Positions 36,313 through 49,700 of a stretch of DNA of 64,000 nt are shown here, piece after piece. The notes beneath the pieces are model-generated. The model had not been told where the DNA came from. It was given only the letters and a program-made list of their open reading frames with translations, and made no database searches. This stretch comes from Vicugna vicugna. Lineage: Eukaryota. Where the stretch lies: assembly GCA_013265495.1 (NCBI GenBank), contig MU058059.1, positions 1,116,001-1,180,000 on the forward strand, given 5' to 3'. Both the position numbers and the translations under genes were made by a program. Each line of letters begins with the position of its first letter. Within the stretch, counting starts at the first letter, position 1.

Positions 36313-38294
36313 GTATTTGGAATCTAGATATTAACCTTGATCTGTGGTCAAAATTCCAGCATCTCTCTTATGCTTCCGTTCACTTTGACTCACAGAGAAA
36401 CGCAGCATCTTAGGCTGCTCGTGTCCTTCTCAGACTCCTGAAAGTTCAGTGCTGACTTGACAGTTGAATGACATCTTGGAAATCTCGCGAACTTTGTAAA
36501 GCACCACTGAAAGCTCCCCATCGCACAAGAACCCCTGAGAGAAAGGTCCCATTTCATACTAGGTTGAGTGTGGATTATTCACAGAACGTAACACTTAAAA
36601 AATTAGATGGACATCTCACCCCATCCCCCAGTTCCAAACAAAGGGCACTGTCAGAGCATCAGATCTTCGAGCACAGAGCCGTCAACAAATCTGCCATCTT
36701 GGTCCCGGCTAAGAGGCCTGCTTGATGCAAAGGTGACTTGCAGCAAATCAGGTGGGCACACAAAAGGTTGCTGTCAAGTCCATGGAAACTGAGGCTCCAA
36801 AGTGAGGGACTCGCCACATGTTGCACGGCCAGTTATCATCCCACCAGGAACGGAACCCTTTACCTCGCAGCCAGATCTCCTTCAGCGGCACTAGGCCGCC
36901 TGCTTTCCGGGGGCTGGATCCCACCCTTCTCCGGAGCCCTGCACTTCGGCGGGGCTTCTTGATGCTGAGCATGGGAATTTCAGGCGCCAAGGTGAAACTG
37001 CACAGCGAGCTATCTGGGCGCTCTTCCAAATCCCTGCCCTGGGTGATTATCCTGCTTGTGGTATGGCCCCTTGGGAAACCATCACTTGCTTTTCAGCAGT
37101 GCTGGACTTGAATGAGACATCGCCTGTGTGGACCTTCCGAGTCAGAGAATGCACACTCTCTTTCCTTTGATTAATTGGTAAGAAGGTCCAGTACTGTTTT
37201 TGTGGCCTTTGTCCTGTTTCAAGTGTACATTTTCACATCATCAGCAACATTTGTTCAAGCCAGTGATGCATCGGAGCTGCCTCCTGCCTGATCACCAGAG
37301 CCAGCCTGTGCATCTCGGTCCAGCTCGGGGCCAGCGACTTTGCACTAGTACCCTGAAATCAGACATGAGCAGAATACTTAAATCATGCAACTTGGCAAAC
37401 ATGAAAACTAGGGTTCCCCCTGCCACAGAGAGTCTGTTTACTAGCACATAATTGCTCCCAAGTATGCATTTTTCTCCTATAGCAAGAGAACTATTACCAA
37501 CGTGTATTTCGTGCGTGATAAGGACATGATGAAGATATTTGTAAAGGAATGAATGAGTGAGTGAACTAATGAACGAACAGATGGAGAATAAATGAATGGG
37601 CCTCTTCCAGACACAGATAGTGCTCCATGCTGGTTTTTGAGACTCACCTGAAGCTATGCTAATTTTTATTTTTAAAAGCAGACGCAATTCCCAACCGGAA
37701 GAGCTAAACTATTCGGCAGAGTCTCATTCATTGCTGCCTGTCTGATTACCAGCTCCAGAAATTATAAAGGATGGCTTTCAAAATAGATGTTCAAATTCAA
37801 TATGATTGTGCTTTGCATCTTGTTCCAGTAAAGTCTCTTGTTGGTTTGCTTATCGGAAGCCAAGAAAAGCAGCAATTTTTGCTTGGGAAAATCCTGTGAA
37901 TATTTATATAGTGGCTGTAAGCTGCAGAGAATTTAAGATGCTTAGAAGTTTTTAAAGCAGGGAGTCACTGTAATACCCTGAATACGAATACATTCGTGTC
38001 AGACTTGAAATTCTGGGTGCTTAGTGCTATTCTGTTGGACCTGGACCTCCTTGGCCTTTTGAACGTTTCTGAAGTAATTTGACGTGGTGGTTTCTGCTTA
38101 CTCGAAGTCGTCTATTCAAGATTATCTGCACTAGTTTGCTGAACTTCTATGAATAAAGGCTAAAAGTTTTGGTTCTGGCTTTTGATAAATACTTGTCAAA
38201 ATCAGGCAAAATAATTATGGACCAGATAGCATCTCTCCTGTAACTTCACCTCGACATTCTGTGGTTCCTGGCTGAATCTTACAAAGAGGATATT

Positions 38295-38563
38295 GACTGA
38301 CTATATTATTCCACTTACATAAAGTTCAAAAACAGGCAGGGCTAATCCCTGGTGTTAGAAGTCCACATAGTGGTCACCCCTTCAAGGACAGTGGCAGAAG
38401 TGACGGAGGAAACTTTCTGGAGTGCAGGTAATGCCGTTTCTTGATCTGTCTTCTGGTTATACAGGTAAGTTCACTTTGTAAAAATATATCAAACTGCCAA
38501 CTTACGATTTGGGCACTTTTCTGTATGTAACTTACACTTCAGTACGGAGTTAACTTTTAAAAA
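38295..38563 (+). mobile_element. L1ME-like 3' fragment
   Basis: attccacttacataaagttcaaaaacaggca...ggtgttagaagtc...tttcttgatctg...gttcactttgtaaaaat. Confidence 0.8.
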
Positions 38564-38845
38564 CCTGGCTGTTCCCTGATTGGCTTTGAGATTCTAAAGC
38601 GTTTTGAAGAGTGATTCTAAGTGGACAGGCGTGGCATCTGCAGGGACGTTACTGCAATGAGGCCAGTGACTGAGAGGGAAACAGCATCCCTGGTCTCACC
38701 AGCCCAACTCCAGCATCTGACTCTGCGCGAGAAAGACTGTCACTGCTCGTGCTTCAGCGGTTTTTCTCAAGGGACAGTTTCATGCTCCCCCAGGCAAGTG
38801 GTTGTTGGTGAATGAAAACTCAGTGTTATCTTTCTGCCTTTTTTT

Positions 38846-39074
38846 TGCAGAAACACACTACTGTATATAAAACAGATAAACAAGGTCCTACCGTAGAGCA
38901 CAGGGAACTATATTCAATACCTTATAATAGCCTGTGATGATTAAGTACGTGAAAAAAATACATATATACACACGTATAACTGGATCACTGTGCTCTACAC
39001 CAGAAATTAACACAATACTGTAAACTGACTATATTTCAATTAAAAATAAAACATGGTTTGAAAATAAGAAAAAC
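38846..39074 (+). mobile_element. Cetartiodactyl-type L1 3' end
   Basis: actactgtatataaaacagataaacaaggtcctaccgtagagcacagggaactatattcaatacc. Confidence 0.9.
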
Positions 39075-40758
39075 TTTAGGGGTCACGTAGATAACTCGGC
39101 GACAGCCTCAGAGACCTCTGGTCTGTTGTCGTTGCGCCCCTTCCTAAAATCCGCTCGGGAACCCTGGGCTAACTGGAAGTGCCAGCTAGCACGTATGACA
39201 GCAGCACACAGCCTGGCTCCGCAGACGGTTAATGCAATGCCAGGTCAGGAGGAACTCTGCACATTATTTGTTCATTTCCGTCATAGGCCAGTAGACGTCC
39301 AAGAAGGACAGAATGTCAGCCTTCAGTCAAGGAGCAAATGTGAACAGTTCCTGGCTCCTTACTGATGTGATGTCAGATTTTCATTTTCAAATGGAATAGA
39401 CTCTGAGAACGTTTTGCAAAAGAGGCCCAGTCTTCTCAACCAAAGTACGTTCCCCTCGCCCTGGCGGGAGCCTTAGAAATGAGAACCACGCTGTCGTTTT
39501 GAGCTATTAGCCGAAACGGCAGCTTTTAGGACATGATGGGTAGCTATCTTTCATAATCTTACAGAATAAAGGAAAACATTAAAGGAATCTTGAAAGATAG
39601 GAGGAAACACTTTGGAGGAAAGATATTAAAATTTCTCTTCATGTGACCTTCTAATAATTCGTATGGAAGGCGATTTGGTTTCAAGTTTATGGCCACATTA
39701 GAGTGAAATGAAGCTCCTTTCAGAACTGTATGACCTGGAAGAGGCCTGCCGCTCCGTGTTCACTGTGACCTGGTTGCCAGGGCTTCGAGCCTGGGGAGAG
39801 CGCCGGCACAGACACTAAATGGAGAGTAATCTGCTTCCTAAAAGGATAGCCCCTCCGGCCAGCTAAGAAGTCCGGGTGGGAGTCTGGTGGCTGTCTCGAT
39901 TTTTGAGAAGTGAACGAATCGTAAAATGATAATGCAGCCGGTTCCTTTCATTTCTGTGACTGACCTCGGACTGGTAACCGAAGTCGGCGCGTGTTTCCGC
40001 GCGGCCTGCGAACTCCTCCCTGAGCGTCAGAGGCGGAGGGACGGCTGCACCTCAGGGGCGCTCACGCTCTACTTACTGCTTTGGAACCTCCTGCCTCCTG
40101 GCAGCGCAGTAACGTTTCCCCAGAGGGATGCAATCTGGAACCAGAGAGTGGGTTTTTTCCTCTTATCTTCTTTTTTAGGAAAATAAAAGACTACAGGATC
40201 CCCCTCTCTCTGAAGATCAAAGTAAATTCAATGACAATGTCATCAATCCAGGAAAAATTAAAGGACAAAGCTATCATTTCATCTAAATTTCCCAGCACGT
40301 TTTGTTTTTTCTTTCCCCACAGCTTTTTTTTTTTTTCTTTTTCCTGCTCTCACATTCTTTCTGGACAATCATTATGGAACACTGGCTCCCTGGGAATGAA
40401 TTCTCAGCATTTCCCATTTGTTTGTTTTTCCCAAATTACTCAAGGGAGTGTAACGGTATATTCCACCGATGGAATGGTCTATTGTGTTGATGGATGGGTT
40501 TTCAGAAATGTGCAGTCACGTGAGCAACTGACTCCACACGCTCGTCAGAGTCAAAGCTCTCCGTGGAAGCTTGGCCTCCTGTGCGAAGGCTTAACCCCCG
40601 AACACAGCTGTTGCTTGTTCTCTCCCGTGGTTTTCACAGCCCTCTCCCTCTGACCTTCTGCACTTTGGACAGATCTCGATCACAGCAGACTGCTCCTGTG
40701 CACAGGACTTTTCTGTGCCCCAGCCACGCTCTCTCACACATCCTGCAGCTAGTTCTTT

Positions 40759-41561
40759 AAAAAAAATTTTTTTTAATATAATTTTTAAGGTTAGCTTCCA
40801 TTTGCAGTTATTACAAAATATTGTCTATTTTCCCCGTGTTATACGATACATCGTTAAGCCTGTCTCACACCCAGTAGTTTGTGCCTCCCGCTCCCCCATC
40901 CCGTGTTGCACCCCGCCATTGGTAAACACTAGTTTGTTCTCCATACCTGTGAGTCTGCTTGTGTTTTGTTGTATTCACTAGTTTGTGGTATTTTTTAGAT
41001 TCCACATGTAAGTGATATACAGTATTTGTCTCTCTCTGTCTGATTTGCTTCATTTAGCAAAATGCCCTCCGAGTCGATCCATGTTGCTGTAAATGGCAAA
41101 ACTGTATTCTTTTTATGGATGAGTAGTATTCCATCACACACACACACACACACACCACCTCTTCTTTATCCATTCATCTGTTGATGGACATTTAGGCCAT
41201 TTCCATATCTTGGCTATTGTAAATAAAACTGATATGAACACTGGGGTGCGTGTATCTTTTCAAATTAGTGGGGGGTTTTTTCAGATATACACCCAGGAGT
41301 GGAATTTCTAGTTTTAGTCTTTTGAGGAATCTCCACACTGTCTTCCATAGTGGCTGCACCAGTGTGCATTCCCCCCAGCAGTGTAGGAGGGTTCCCCTTT
41401 CTCCACAGCCTCTCCAGCATTGGTCGTTCGCAGACTTTTTGATGATGGCCGTTCTGGCTGGTGTGAGGTGGCCCCCCACCGTGGTTTCGATTTGCACGTC
41501 CCTGATGATGAGCGATGCTGGGCATCGCCTCACGTGCCTGTTGGCCACCACATGTCCTCTC
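40759..41561 (-). mobile_element. L1 3' portion flanked by ~90-bp direct repeats, inserted in L2
   Basis: ORF2 remnant [66 protein letters not shown]; contains (CA)10 at 41135. Confidence 0.92.
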
Positions 41562-41659
41562 GACAGGTCTCCGTGATGGCGAAGATTGCTTTCCGGTGCC
41601 CAGGACATCATCCGTGCCCCAGCCACGCTCTCTCACATGTCCCCCGGCTGGTTCTTTCT

Positions 41660-41945
41660 CCAGTGCAGTTCTCAGCTTAAATATCACATCCTTTGGAAGC
41701 CTGTCTTGACCTCTCTCTGTGAAGCTGACGTCAGGGATCCTGTTATGTCGGGACACGCTCCCTCCGTCTGCCTCCACACTGCTGACTCCTCCACGTGCTT
41801 TTCTCTGTAACCGGTTTTGTCTGTTTTCCGCCCTAGAATGTCACGGCCTCGGAGTCTCAGACTAGGTTTCTTTGTCCTCCGCCCTGTTCAGGGCCTGGCG
41901 TGGTGCCCGCTGTGTGGCAGACACTTGGCAAATATTTGCAGACAC
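41660..41945 (+). mobile_element. L2 3' region
   Basis: tctcagcttaaatatcacatcct...ctagaatgtca...gcctggcgtggtgccc...ggcaaatatttg. Confidence 0.7.
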
Positions 41946-44139
41946 TTAATTTTCCTCCCTCACCTACAGGAAGGCTGTATTTCCCGGACACACCAGCACC
42001 GTCAGAACACTGTACCAGAACAGTTAGAGGCTGGCCAACGATCATCGACAGACTTCAGCTGCTCTTTTCAAATCAACTTTTGGGAGGAGTCAATTCAACT
42101 GTAATAATTCTTCGAAGTAACGGAACATGGCTTTTGACCAAAGGTACCAAAACTTCCTTTAAGTTTTATCTTTCAGGTAGGGCTGATTCTGCTACAAATA
42201 CTCTATTTGTTCTACTGGTCATTCAAATTGGGTTTTTAATTCATGAAATAATCATTTCTGATGAATTTATATAACTTCCGTTCCTCCTGGTGACAGGCCA
42301 GGCCAGACAAGAGTGAGACAACCATTTGTCTCTGCTGCCCCGACTGGCCACTTCCCTCAGGTGCTCAGACCCGCACTGGTGCTCTTCCTCTCTTAATATA
42401 AAAATTAGTCTTTGAATCCTTCACTCACTCCAAAGAACACGCAACTTGTTTAAAAATCATCACCCCTTCTAAGGATGTTTATAATACTAACATCCGAGTG
42501 ACATATGGGTTACGTATGCACCCTCCTCGTTTCTGTGCTGACTGGCATTTTCACATACAGACATGGTGATGTCACTCCCTCCTGCAACACCTCCTCTTCC
42601 AGAATCCTCTGCCCTTTCCAGGATCCTGGGGCCCAGGCTCCCTGCTGCACTGTGTGCTCTGAACGCTTTGCCGTCCTGGGTCTTGGGCCCCGTGCAGACC
42701 TCGCCTTCCTGGGCCCTGCTGCTCCCCCCGCTCACTGCTGTGTGTGAATTGCCTAAGGTCTTGTCGTCTCTCCCTTGGGACAGTGGACAGACTCTCAGCT
42801 CATCACCCGTATCCCCAGCCCAGCCCAGGCAGGGCCGGGCTCAGGGTAAGATCAGAACCCACACAGTGAATGAAGGAAGCTAAAGAGATGGAGTCCCAAG
42901 GGTGGAATTTCCGGGATCAACCCGAAGAAAATAAAATTGCTTGGGGGCTGTGCTGATTCCTCCAAAACTGTACCATCTGAACAGCTGTGTACTTTGCCTC
43001 TGCTTTTGGTACATCCACCTTGTCCGGACAGTTCTTTTTGAAGATACACGTCATACGCACTTGGAGGGCCTTGGCTAGGCTTGGCCCATTACTCAGTCAT
43101 TAAGTGTATATTTTATTACCTGCTGTATGTTCCACTGAGTAATATCTGGAGACTCAGTCTAACTGTCTCTCCCCTCTGCCCCCAGAGACTCCCCTGAAAC
43201 CATCACTCCATCCACGCTGTGCTTTCTCGGCTGAACCAGTCGGCCCCGTCTGGCCTGGGCTGCCTCCCTGCCTCCCCGGCCGGTCTCCGGGTCTGTGAAC
43301 AAAGCTGATAATAATATATACTCTGCTGTCCTGAATGTCCCCCTCCTCGATGGCTGTGCCTCCAGACACTTGTCCTCTTGGAGCTGAGTGAGCAAGTAGA
43401 TGGACCAGAAGAATAAACACAGGAAGGACGCTGGAAATTTTGTTACACCCACAGTCCGACGATGAGGACATAGCCGGGAGGTCCGGAAAGGCCTCGGGGT
43501 CAGGTGGGCCTGGGGAACGTGGCAGCCCTGCTGGCTGCTGGGATCTTGGCCACAGTAGCTAATCTCTCCGAGCAAGGAGGAGGTCTGCTCCCTCACAGGG
43601 TCCTTACGAGACGGTGCGTGCACGGGGCCCTGGCTCCTGGCAGGGGCTCCATGATTACTCACTTCCTTCCCCTGAAGGAGACACCTGGGTGCCCGAGGCC
43701 ATGAGTTCCTGGATCGGACAGAACTTTTCCAGATTCCAGGACACACTCAGCACTGGACCACATTTATTTTCTCGAAGTTTGCCCTTCCCCCGCCCTTCAC
43801 TGAGCTAGCCATCACCTTACACAACTTAAGCCTCTACTCACAAAACCTCAGGAACCTCGTGGAACACCTCCCCACAACAGCCTGCTGGGAGTGCGCAGTT
43901 ACCCCGGGGCTTCTGGAAGCCAGCGTGGATCTAGTCCCAAACATCCAGGTGTTAGGTTTCCAACTGTCTGCTCCTCGGGCAAGAATGTAGCCCTTTCATC
44001 TGGTTTTGCTCTTACTTAGCAGAGCTCCGTCCCCTGTAAGGGCAGCTGAGGCACTGATGACAGTTTACGAATAATGAACAATGGCTATACCTTTGCCGGA
44101 GCCAGCGACCTAACAAGCCCAGCGTGGACAGAGTGCTGA

Positions 44140-44142
<3 letters not shown>

Positions 44143-44176
<34 letters not shown>

Positions 44177-44182
44177 GAGTGT
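44143..44182. repeat. (GT)n microsatellite
   Basis: GT run with a degenerate 3' end. Confidence 0.95.
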
Positions 44183-45404
44183 GGACGTGGGTGGAGCCCT
44201 TAACAACAGTTCCAGGGACACAGCTACCCATTTACAGTTGTGAAAATTTCATCTTGTCTCCTCCAGGTTCCCATAGAAAAGTCACCAGGTTCTTACAAAA
44301 ACTCTGGGCCTTTGTGGGATTTGCAGTTTGTGTCATCGCCGTTTCCCTGCAATCCTGTCTTTCCAGGTACGAGTTTTCCTTCTGATAACGCTCACCCTGA
44401 GCCCCCTCCCCAGCGCCCCCTCAGAGGACTTGGCAAACTTGTCTGTGCCTGGTCGGGAAGGAAGCCAGTGACGCCCCCAAATCGGCCTCCCTTTCCAGCT
44501 GGTGCCCCCATATGTAGAGCTGATAAACTCCCTGGGCCCCAGATAGAAGGATACCTGTTTGTTCCTTATGTTTTATATTATAAACATATATTTAGTTACA
44601 TTATAATATTTTAAGAACTGAAGGGGAGATCTGTAAATGACGGTGGTTCTTTTTTCCACCACTTTCTGCCTCCCTTCCCTCCAGCCTCTCCGTATATTTC
44701 CCAAGGGGATGTGGACAGCGGCTGCGACACTGTGGATATGGACTCGGGCCGGGGATGCTGCACACCAGAAATTGACACTTTGTAACTGCCTACAATAATA
44801 AAAAGAATTTACATAAGGCCATACAGCTCAGTACACAGCATGGCTGGAATTTCAACCCTCTAGGAAGGAAAGAAAAGGAAGATAAAGGAAATCAGGACTG
44901 AGGTTGCCGGCGGTGTCTGGTTGGAGAATGTGAGTGGGGGAGTGATGGGTCGGGCACGGAGGTGTCGCTATGAAGCGTGGAACAGAGACAAGGGAGCAGC
45001 AGCAGGAAGTGCCCTTGGACAACGATCCTACCTGACTTCTCCCTTCTTTTCATCTGTTTCTCTTTCCAACCTTTCTTTCTCTTCCACGTCCTTTGCTCTG
45101 TGCACATGTATGGAGAGACTCCCACGTGTTCGGATCAAGGCTAAGTTCTGGAGACACAGTTGTGTCTGCAGGCATAAGACAGAGTTATGCTGCCTGTCCC
45201 CAGGGAGCTCACAATTCTATGGGATTAAACAACGCTTTCAGGGCAGCAGGGTCAGGGCACAGAGGACGGATGGACACCTGGCCTAATTTTGAACGACAAA
45301 GCTCTTGGCTCTTCTGACTGCTGCCAGGGTTCCTTGTGCTCGGACCCATTTGTCGTTCGTGTCGATACCATCTTTGCCATCACAATCATCACTGTTAGTG
45401 TCAT

Positions 45405-45845
45405 AACTGTTTATAGAAAGTTTACTATCTGCCTGGTACCAGGCAGACACAGTACACAGCTTATTTAATTCTCACAACTAACAAGATAGTTACTATCATC
45501 TTGAGAAATCAGCTGTGTAGAGATGAAGTAAGTCGCCCACAGTCACCAGTCAGGAAGGCTTCCTCTGACTTTTCGGCTGTGTCTCCCTAGTACCCAGTGA
45601 AGGTCATTATCATCGTACTTAGCCGTCATAAATCTAAACAGAATGTATGTATGTTTCCTGACTGCACACACCCTGGAACCACTCTCTCTCTCTTTTTTTT
45701 TCCCCCTCTGTAAGCCTAATGCCTAACTCAGTCTCTGGCTCACAAGTCATTAAACAAATATGATTTATGTAAGGCAACGTCAGGATTTGAACCCAGGTTT
45801 TTTCTAACAAAGCTCATGCTTTTCCATTGTGCGAGGCTGTCCTCC
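45405..45845 (-). mobile_element. MIR (-) split by an L2 3' fragment (+, ~45549-45772)
   Basis: MIR ttatttaattctcacaac...aagtaagtcgcccacagtcac resumes as caggatttgaacccagg; the insert has caggaaggcttcctctgac and gcctaactcagtctctggctcaca. Confidence 0.6.
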
Positions 45846-46529
45846 AGGTTCTGTCCTCGGCGTTCCTTCTCCCCCTTATGAATGAAGGTTCACCCCCCCC
45901 ACTCTTACTTTCTGCCCCATAAACGCTGGGCCCCAGCTGATGGTCCTCTTCGTCTCTCTCTGGGAAGACCTGTGATTAAACTGAAAAGCACAGACACATC
46001 TTTTTCAAAAGCTTTCAAAAGCAAATAAACGCCTTTTGGAAAAAGCCCTCATTGCCTTCAAGGGCAGCGCCAGCACGAATGTAAGCACCCAGACAGACAA
46101 ACTTCCTGTCGTAAATATTTACTACATCATGGGCAGAGACCTGGGACTCCATCTGTTCTGCGGGGTGGAATTTAGTAGAATCTTTTGAAACCGGATCCGC
46201 AAATCATTGTTAATATTGGCCATGCCTGGAAATATCTTGCTTAAACAGAACACTCTGTTCAAATGGCATCCGTTCCGAACCTTTAGTCTGTCTACACCGA
46301 GCTGCAGAAGGCAGCGCAGATAAGCCGCGGCGCGAACCGGGCTCATCACCCGTCAGTCAGGAGATCGCCTTTCTCGGAAAGCTCCCGCCGGCTCACGGGG
46401 GCCTGAAGCTCAGGGGGAACGGCAGACGGAACTGATGCTGCGCAGAGACCGTCCTGCCTCCTGCAGTTCTTCGCCAAGTCCTTTCTCTTCGCCACTTGTT
46501 TACATGCTCACTGTGGGAGGCAGAAACGT

Positions 46530-46712
46530 GGAGGAACAGACCTGGAGTCTGGGGACACAGCGGCAGAGTCCTGTTTTGGCTGGCTGAGCGTTGGGAAACT
46601 GGGACCTTGGCAAGTGTGAAGCATCTGAGTCCTGAGTCTATTTCCCCGTCTGTAAAGTAAGACCAGCAGTGCTGTAAAGACAAAATAGGGAAGCCGTGTA
46701 GAACCCTGGCGC
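46530..46712 (+). mobile_element. MIR
   Basis: ctgggaccttggcaagtg...tttccccgtctgtaaag. Confidence 0.6.
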
Positions 46713-49700
46713 CCTTCAGGGCAGAGTTGTTGGGCAAAGACTCTGCGCTGCCCTTGCAGGAGATGGAGTCACGCGTGGAGACACCATGAGCCGCTCCCTC
46801 CTCCAGGTGTCCTGATTCAGTGGGAGGCCTCCTGGGCACCTGAATGTCCTGGACGTGTTCCAGGGAAATCCACGTGGAGAACCACTGCCTTCAGTGAGGT
46901 GTGGGACCAGTTTTCTCAGCTGAGACAAATCTGGGGGCTCCAAATTGGGTATTAAAATGGATCGTCAAGCTCAGGATGCCACAAGCACTATCACTGTTTA
47001 TAAAGCACTTTACAATAATCATATGTATTCTTTCTGTATCCTTGATGGTAAGTTTGGTTTTCTGAGCTGTACTTTCTCCTCGAGGACACAAAGATAAAAA
47101 AGATTAGCTCTGAACATCATTGGCAGCAAAAAGATTGGAATCCAGAACACTTATCACCCATGATAGCGGGACGTTAAGGTCCTTACTCAAGCAGAATGGC
47201 TAACGACAATCTGAGTATGACTGCACTAAAAACTTTGTTCACTCTGGCTTATAAATTATGTTTTAACAGCCTGTTATAAGTTGGCCACACTAAAAGGCAA
47301 ATATCAGTCTTATGATTTGCAGTTAAGAATAAGTTGAAAATTTTATCCACCAGTTTACGGAAACTATTAAGAACTAGTCCTCCAACTGAGACTCTCATAG
47401 TGGGAATAGAGGCAAATTCAGAGGTTTGTACAAGGAAGAGAATGGTCCCAAATGTAGGTTTCTAGGTATGAAATAGGAAAATTCGAATAATGGATCTTGG
47501 GAAATTCCAGAAATTTTTATTTAAATGAGAAAATCATCAAGTTGCTTTAGCAACTAACCAGGAAGCTCTTCTCCCAAGCTGCCAATTTTATGCTGAACTC
47601 GATGAGAGATGAGTATTTCACGTCTTGCTTTCACAAGGGCTTCATGTAAAAAGCCCCAGATTAGAAAAATAACCACAGACCAGTTATCTGGACACCGTCA
47701 TCTGCTGGAAAGTTTGTTTAAATGTAACTTGCTCCCCATTCTTCTGTCAAATAGATGAAAAGCCCGGAGACAATTGCACAAAATCACTTGGTAAAGGTTA
47801 TAAAGGGGCTAAAAGAATCCAGATAATAAAACTCTTCCATAACACAGTCATCTTTCAACGGTACTTTGGTACCATTCCTCCTCCATTCCCTGGAAAGGAA
47901 TAAAACATACAGTGTCCACCCTTCTCGGTGTTCCAGCTATGATTTTTGTGATGAAATATCATGAACTGTGTCATAACACAGAGGTATTTAATTACAGTCA
48001 TTTAACACATCGTAACTCACCAATGATTTTTGCATTCAGCATGTTTCAAAGAGCTGAGCTTTAAAAATGTGGAGATTTGTTCAGCCCTCATTATCCGTGG
48101 GCGCACACAGCCTCCTAAATAGGGTTTTCCTCTGTAGCTTCACAGCTTCTCCGAGCAAGACAGAAACCAAGGAAACAGCGGCAAAGAAAAACTCCCACCT
48201 GGAGAGCAGGTTAGCCCGGGCGTGCAAATGGGACGTGGGGACCAGCCCGAAGGAAGCAGGCAGCCAGCCTCCTGGAAAGGGGGCCCCGGGCCATGGGTGC
48301 ACTCACTGCCCTCTTATCTTGGGTCTCATATCCTGCCCTCTTATCTGGAGAATCTGTGCAGGGAACTCAGAGGGGGCTTTCCACAGGGTGACCCCCACCA
48401 GTCCCAAGCACAGGGCTGAATTCCATAGTGAGAAGGCCCCAGGATGACTCAGGCCAGTTCCAGCTCCCATGGCAACCCTGGGCCTCCTCTCTGACATGGA
48501 ACTCCCGGTGTTGAGGTGACCCCCCAGCATGAGTGGGACAGGGAAGGCCATTGTCCCCAGAAGGAAAATGTTACCTGAAAGTAACATAAGCTCTCCTTGA
48601 ATTTTCCTGGTTTTTTTCCCTGAAATACATTTCTTCCCCCGTCACAAAAACAAAACAAGATCTTTCCACAATTTAAAAACTGATAATCAAAAAAAAAAAA
48701 AGAAGGAAAAAGAAGAGACGAGAAAACCCATGAATCCCACAACTCGGACCTGAGCATGGTCAGCCCGTGGAAGACGGCCCTCGGCCCTCGTTCTCGGCGA
48801 GAAGAGGATCCTGCCCAGACTCTAAGTACATCTATTTTCATTCCTTAGGATGCAGCCCTGCAGGGGGTTCACTGCCTCGGATGCTGTGTATGTTTTAAAT
48901 CTTTCTAATAAATATTACAAAATTGTCCTCTAAACAACTCACTATTTTATATTTGCATTAGAGGAACCTGAGAGTGGCCATTTCCTAACACACCTGCTTA
49001 CAGGGAATATTAGGTTTAACCTGCTGATCTGCAAGGTGGGAGTCATTTCTTAGGTGGTTAAATTCACATCACCTAAACATTCCTCTTGAATTTTCACCTC
49101 CCTTTCCCATCCCCTCCGTCGTGAGATCTCCGGGGAGCCTTGCTGCACATACCCCTGGGTCAGCCTCATCCTTTCCTTTTTAGAGTGAATGGACAGATAT
49201 TTTGAAGAATGAAGAAACAGGTGAGAACGCAGAAATTGTACAATATTCAGTAAATATCTGCTTTGTCCAAGAAGGGAACTAAAGTTTCTTGGCATAAACT
49301 GAACTTCTCTTTGGAAATGGGAAGATATTTAAGGGGGAAAAGGGTGCGACTAGAAATGGAATAGAATGTGGCTGAGACAAAGCCTAAAGATGCAAGGAGC
49401 CTCTTTAAAAATGCCCATGGGCAGCAAATGTGCAAAATAAGAGGCTGGTTTTTTTCCTTCTGGCAAGTGAGGCTCTGACCCGATCACCTTCATACATATT
49501 TAACAGCAGTTGACTTCAATTGACTCCAAGAACCTTCAACCCCATTTAACGCACCTCTATTTTTGCCAAAAACATAAACTCAGAGTTAAAACTAGCAGAA
49601 CGTAAGTGATCGCAAAATAGGCTGAAAAGGCAGGCATCATGTAATGGCAATTCAACAAGCAGGGACATGTGGTAGCTGCGGTCACCAAGGGAGATCTTGA

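Noticed and set aside
41192..41626. 144-aa ORF with a cysteine-rich segment (also 2089-2352, 6108-6440, 17194-17397, 33087-33272)
   Set aside because: Decayed LINE-1 ORF2 C-terminal remnants, not host genes.
43159..43746. Longest ORFs (195 aa here; also 33659-34231, 40081-40653, 10282-10809, 57542-58045, 13260-13742)
   Set aside because: No recognisable domains; composition is typical of chance ORFs in GC-rich or repeat-derived mammalian DNA; many use non-ATG starts.
44411..44427. Partial CTCF-like motifs (also ~40050, ~54806, ~63666)
   Set aside because: Multiple mismatches in the 5' CCASY half of the core.
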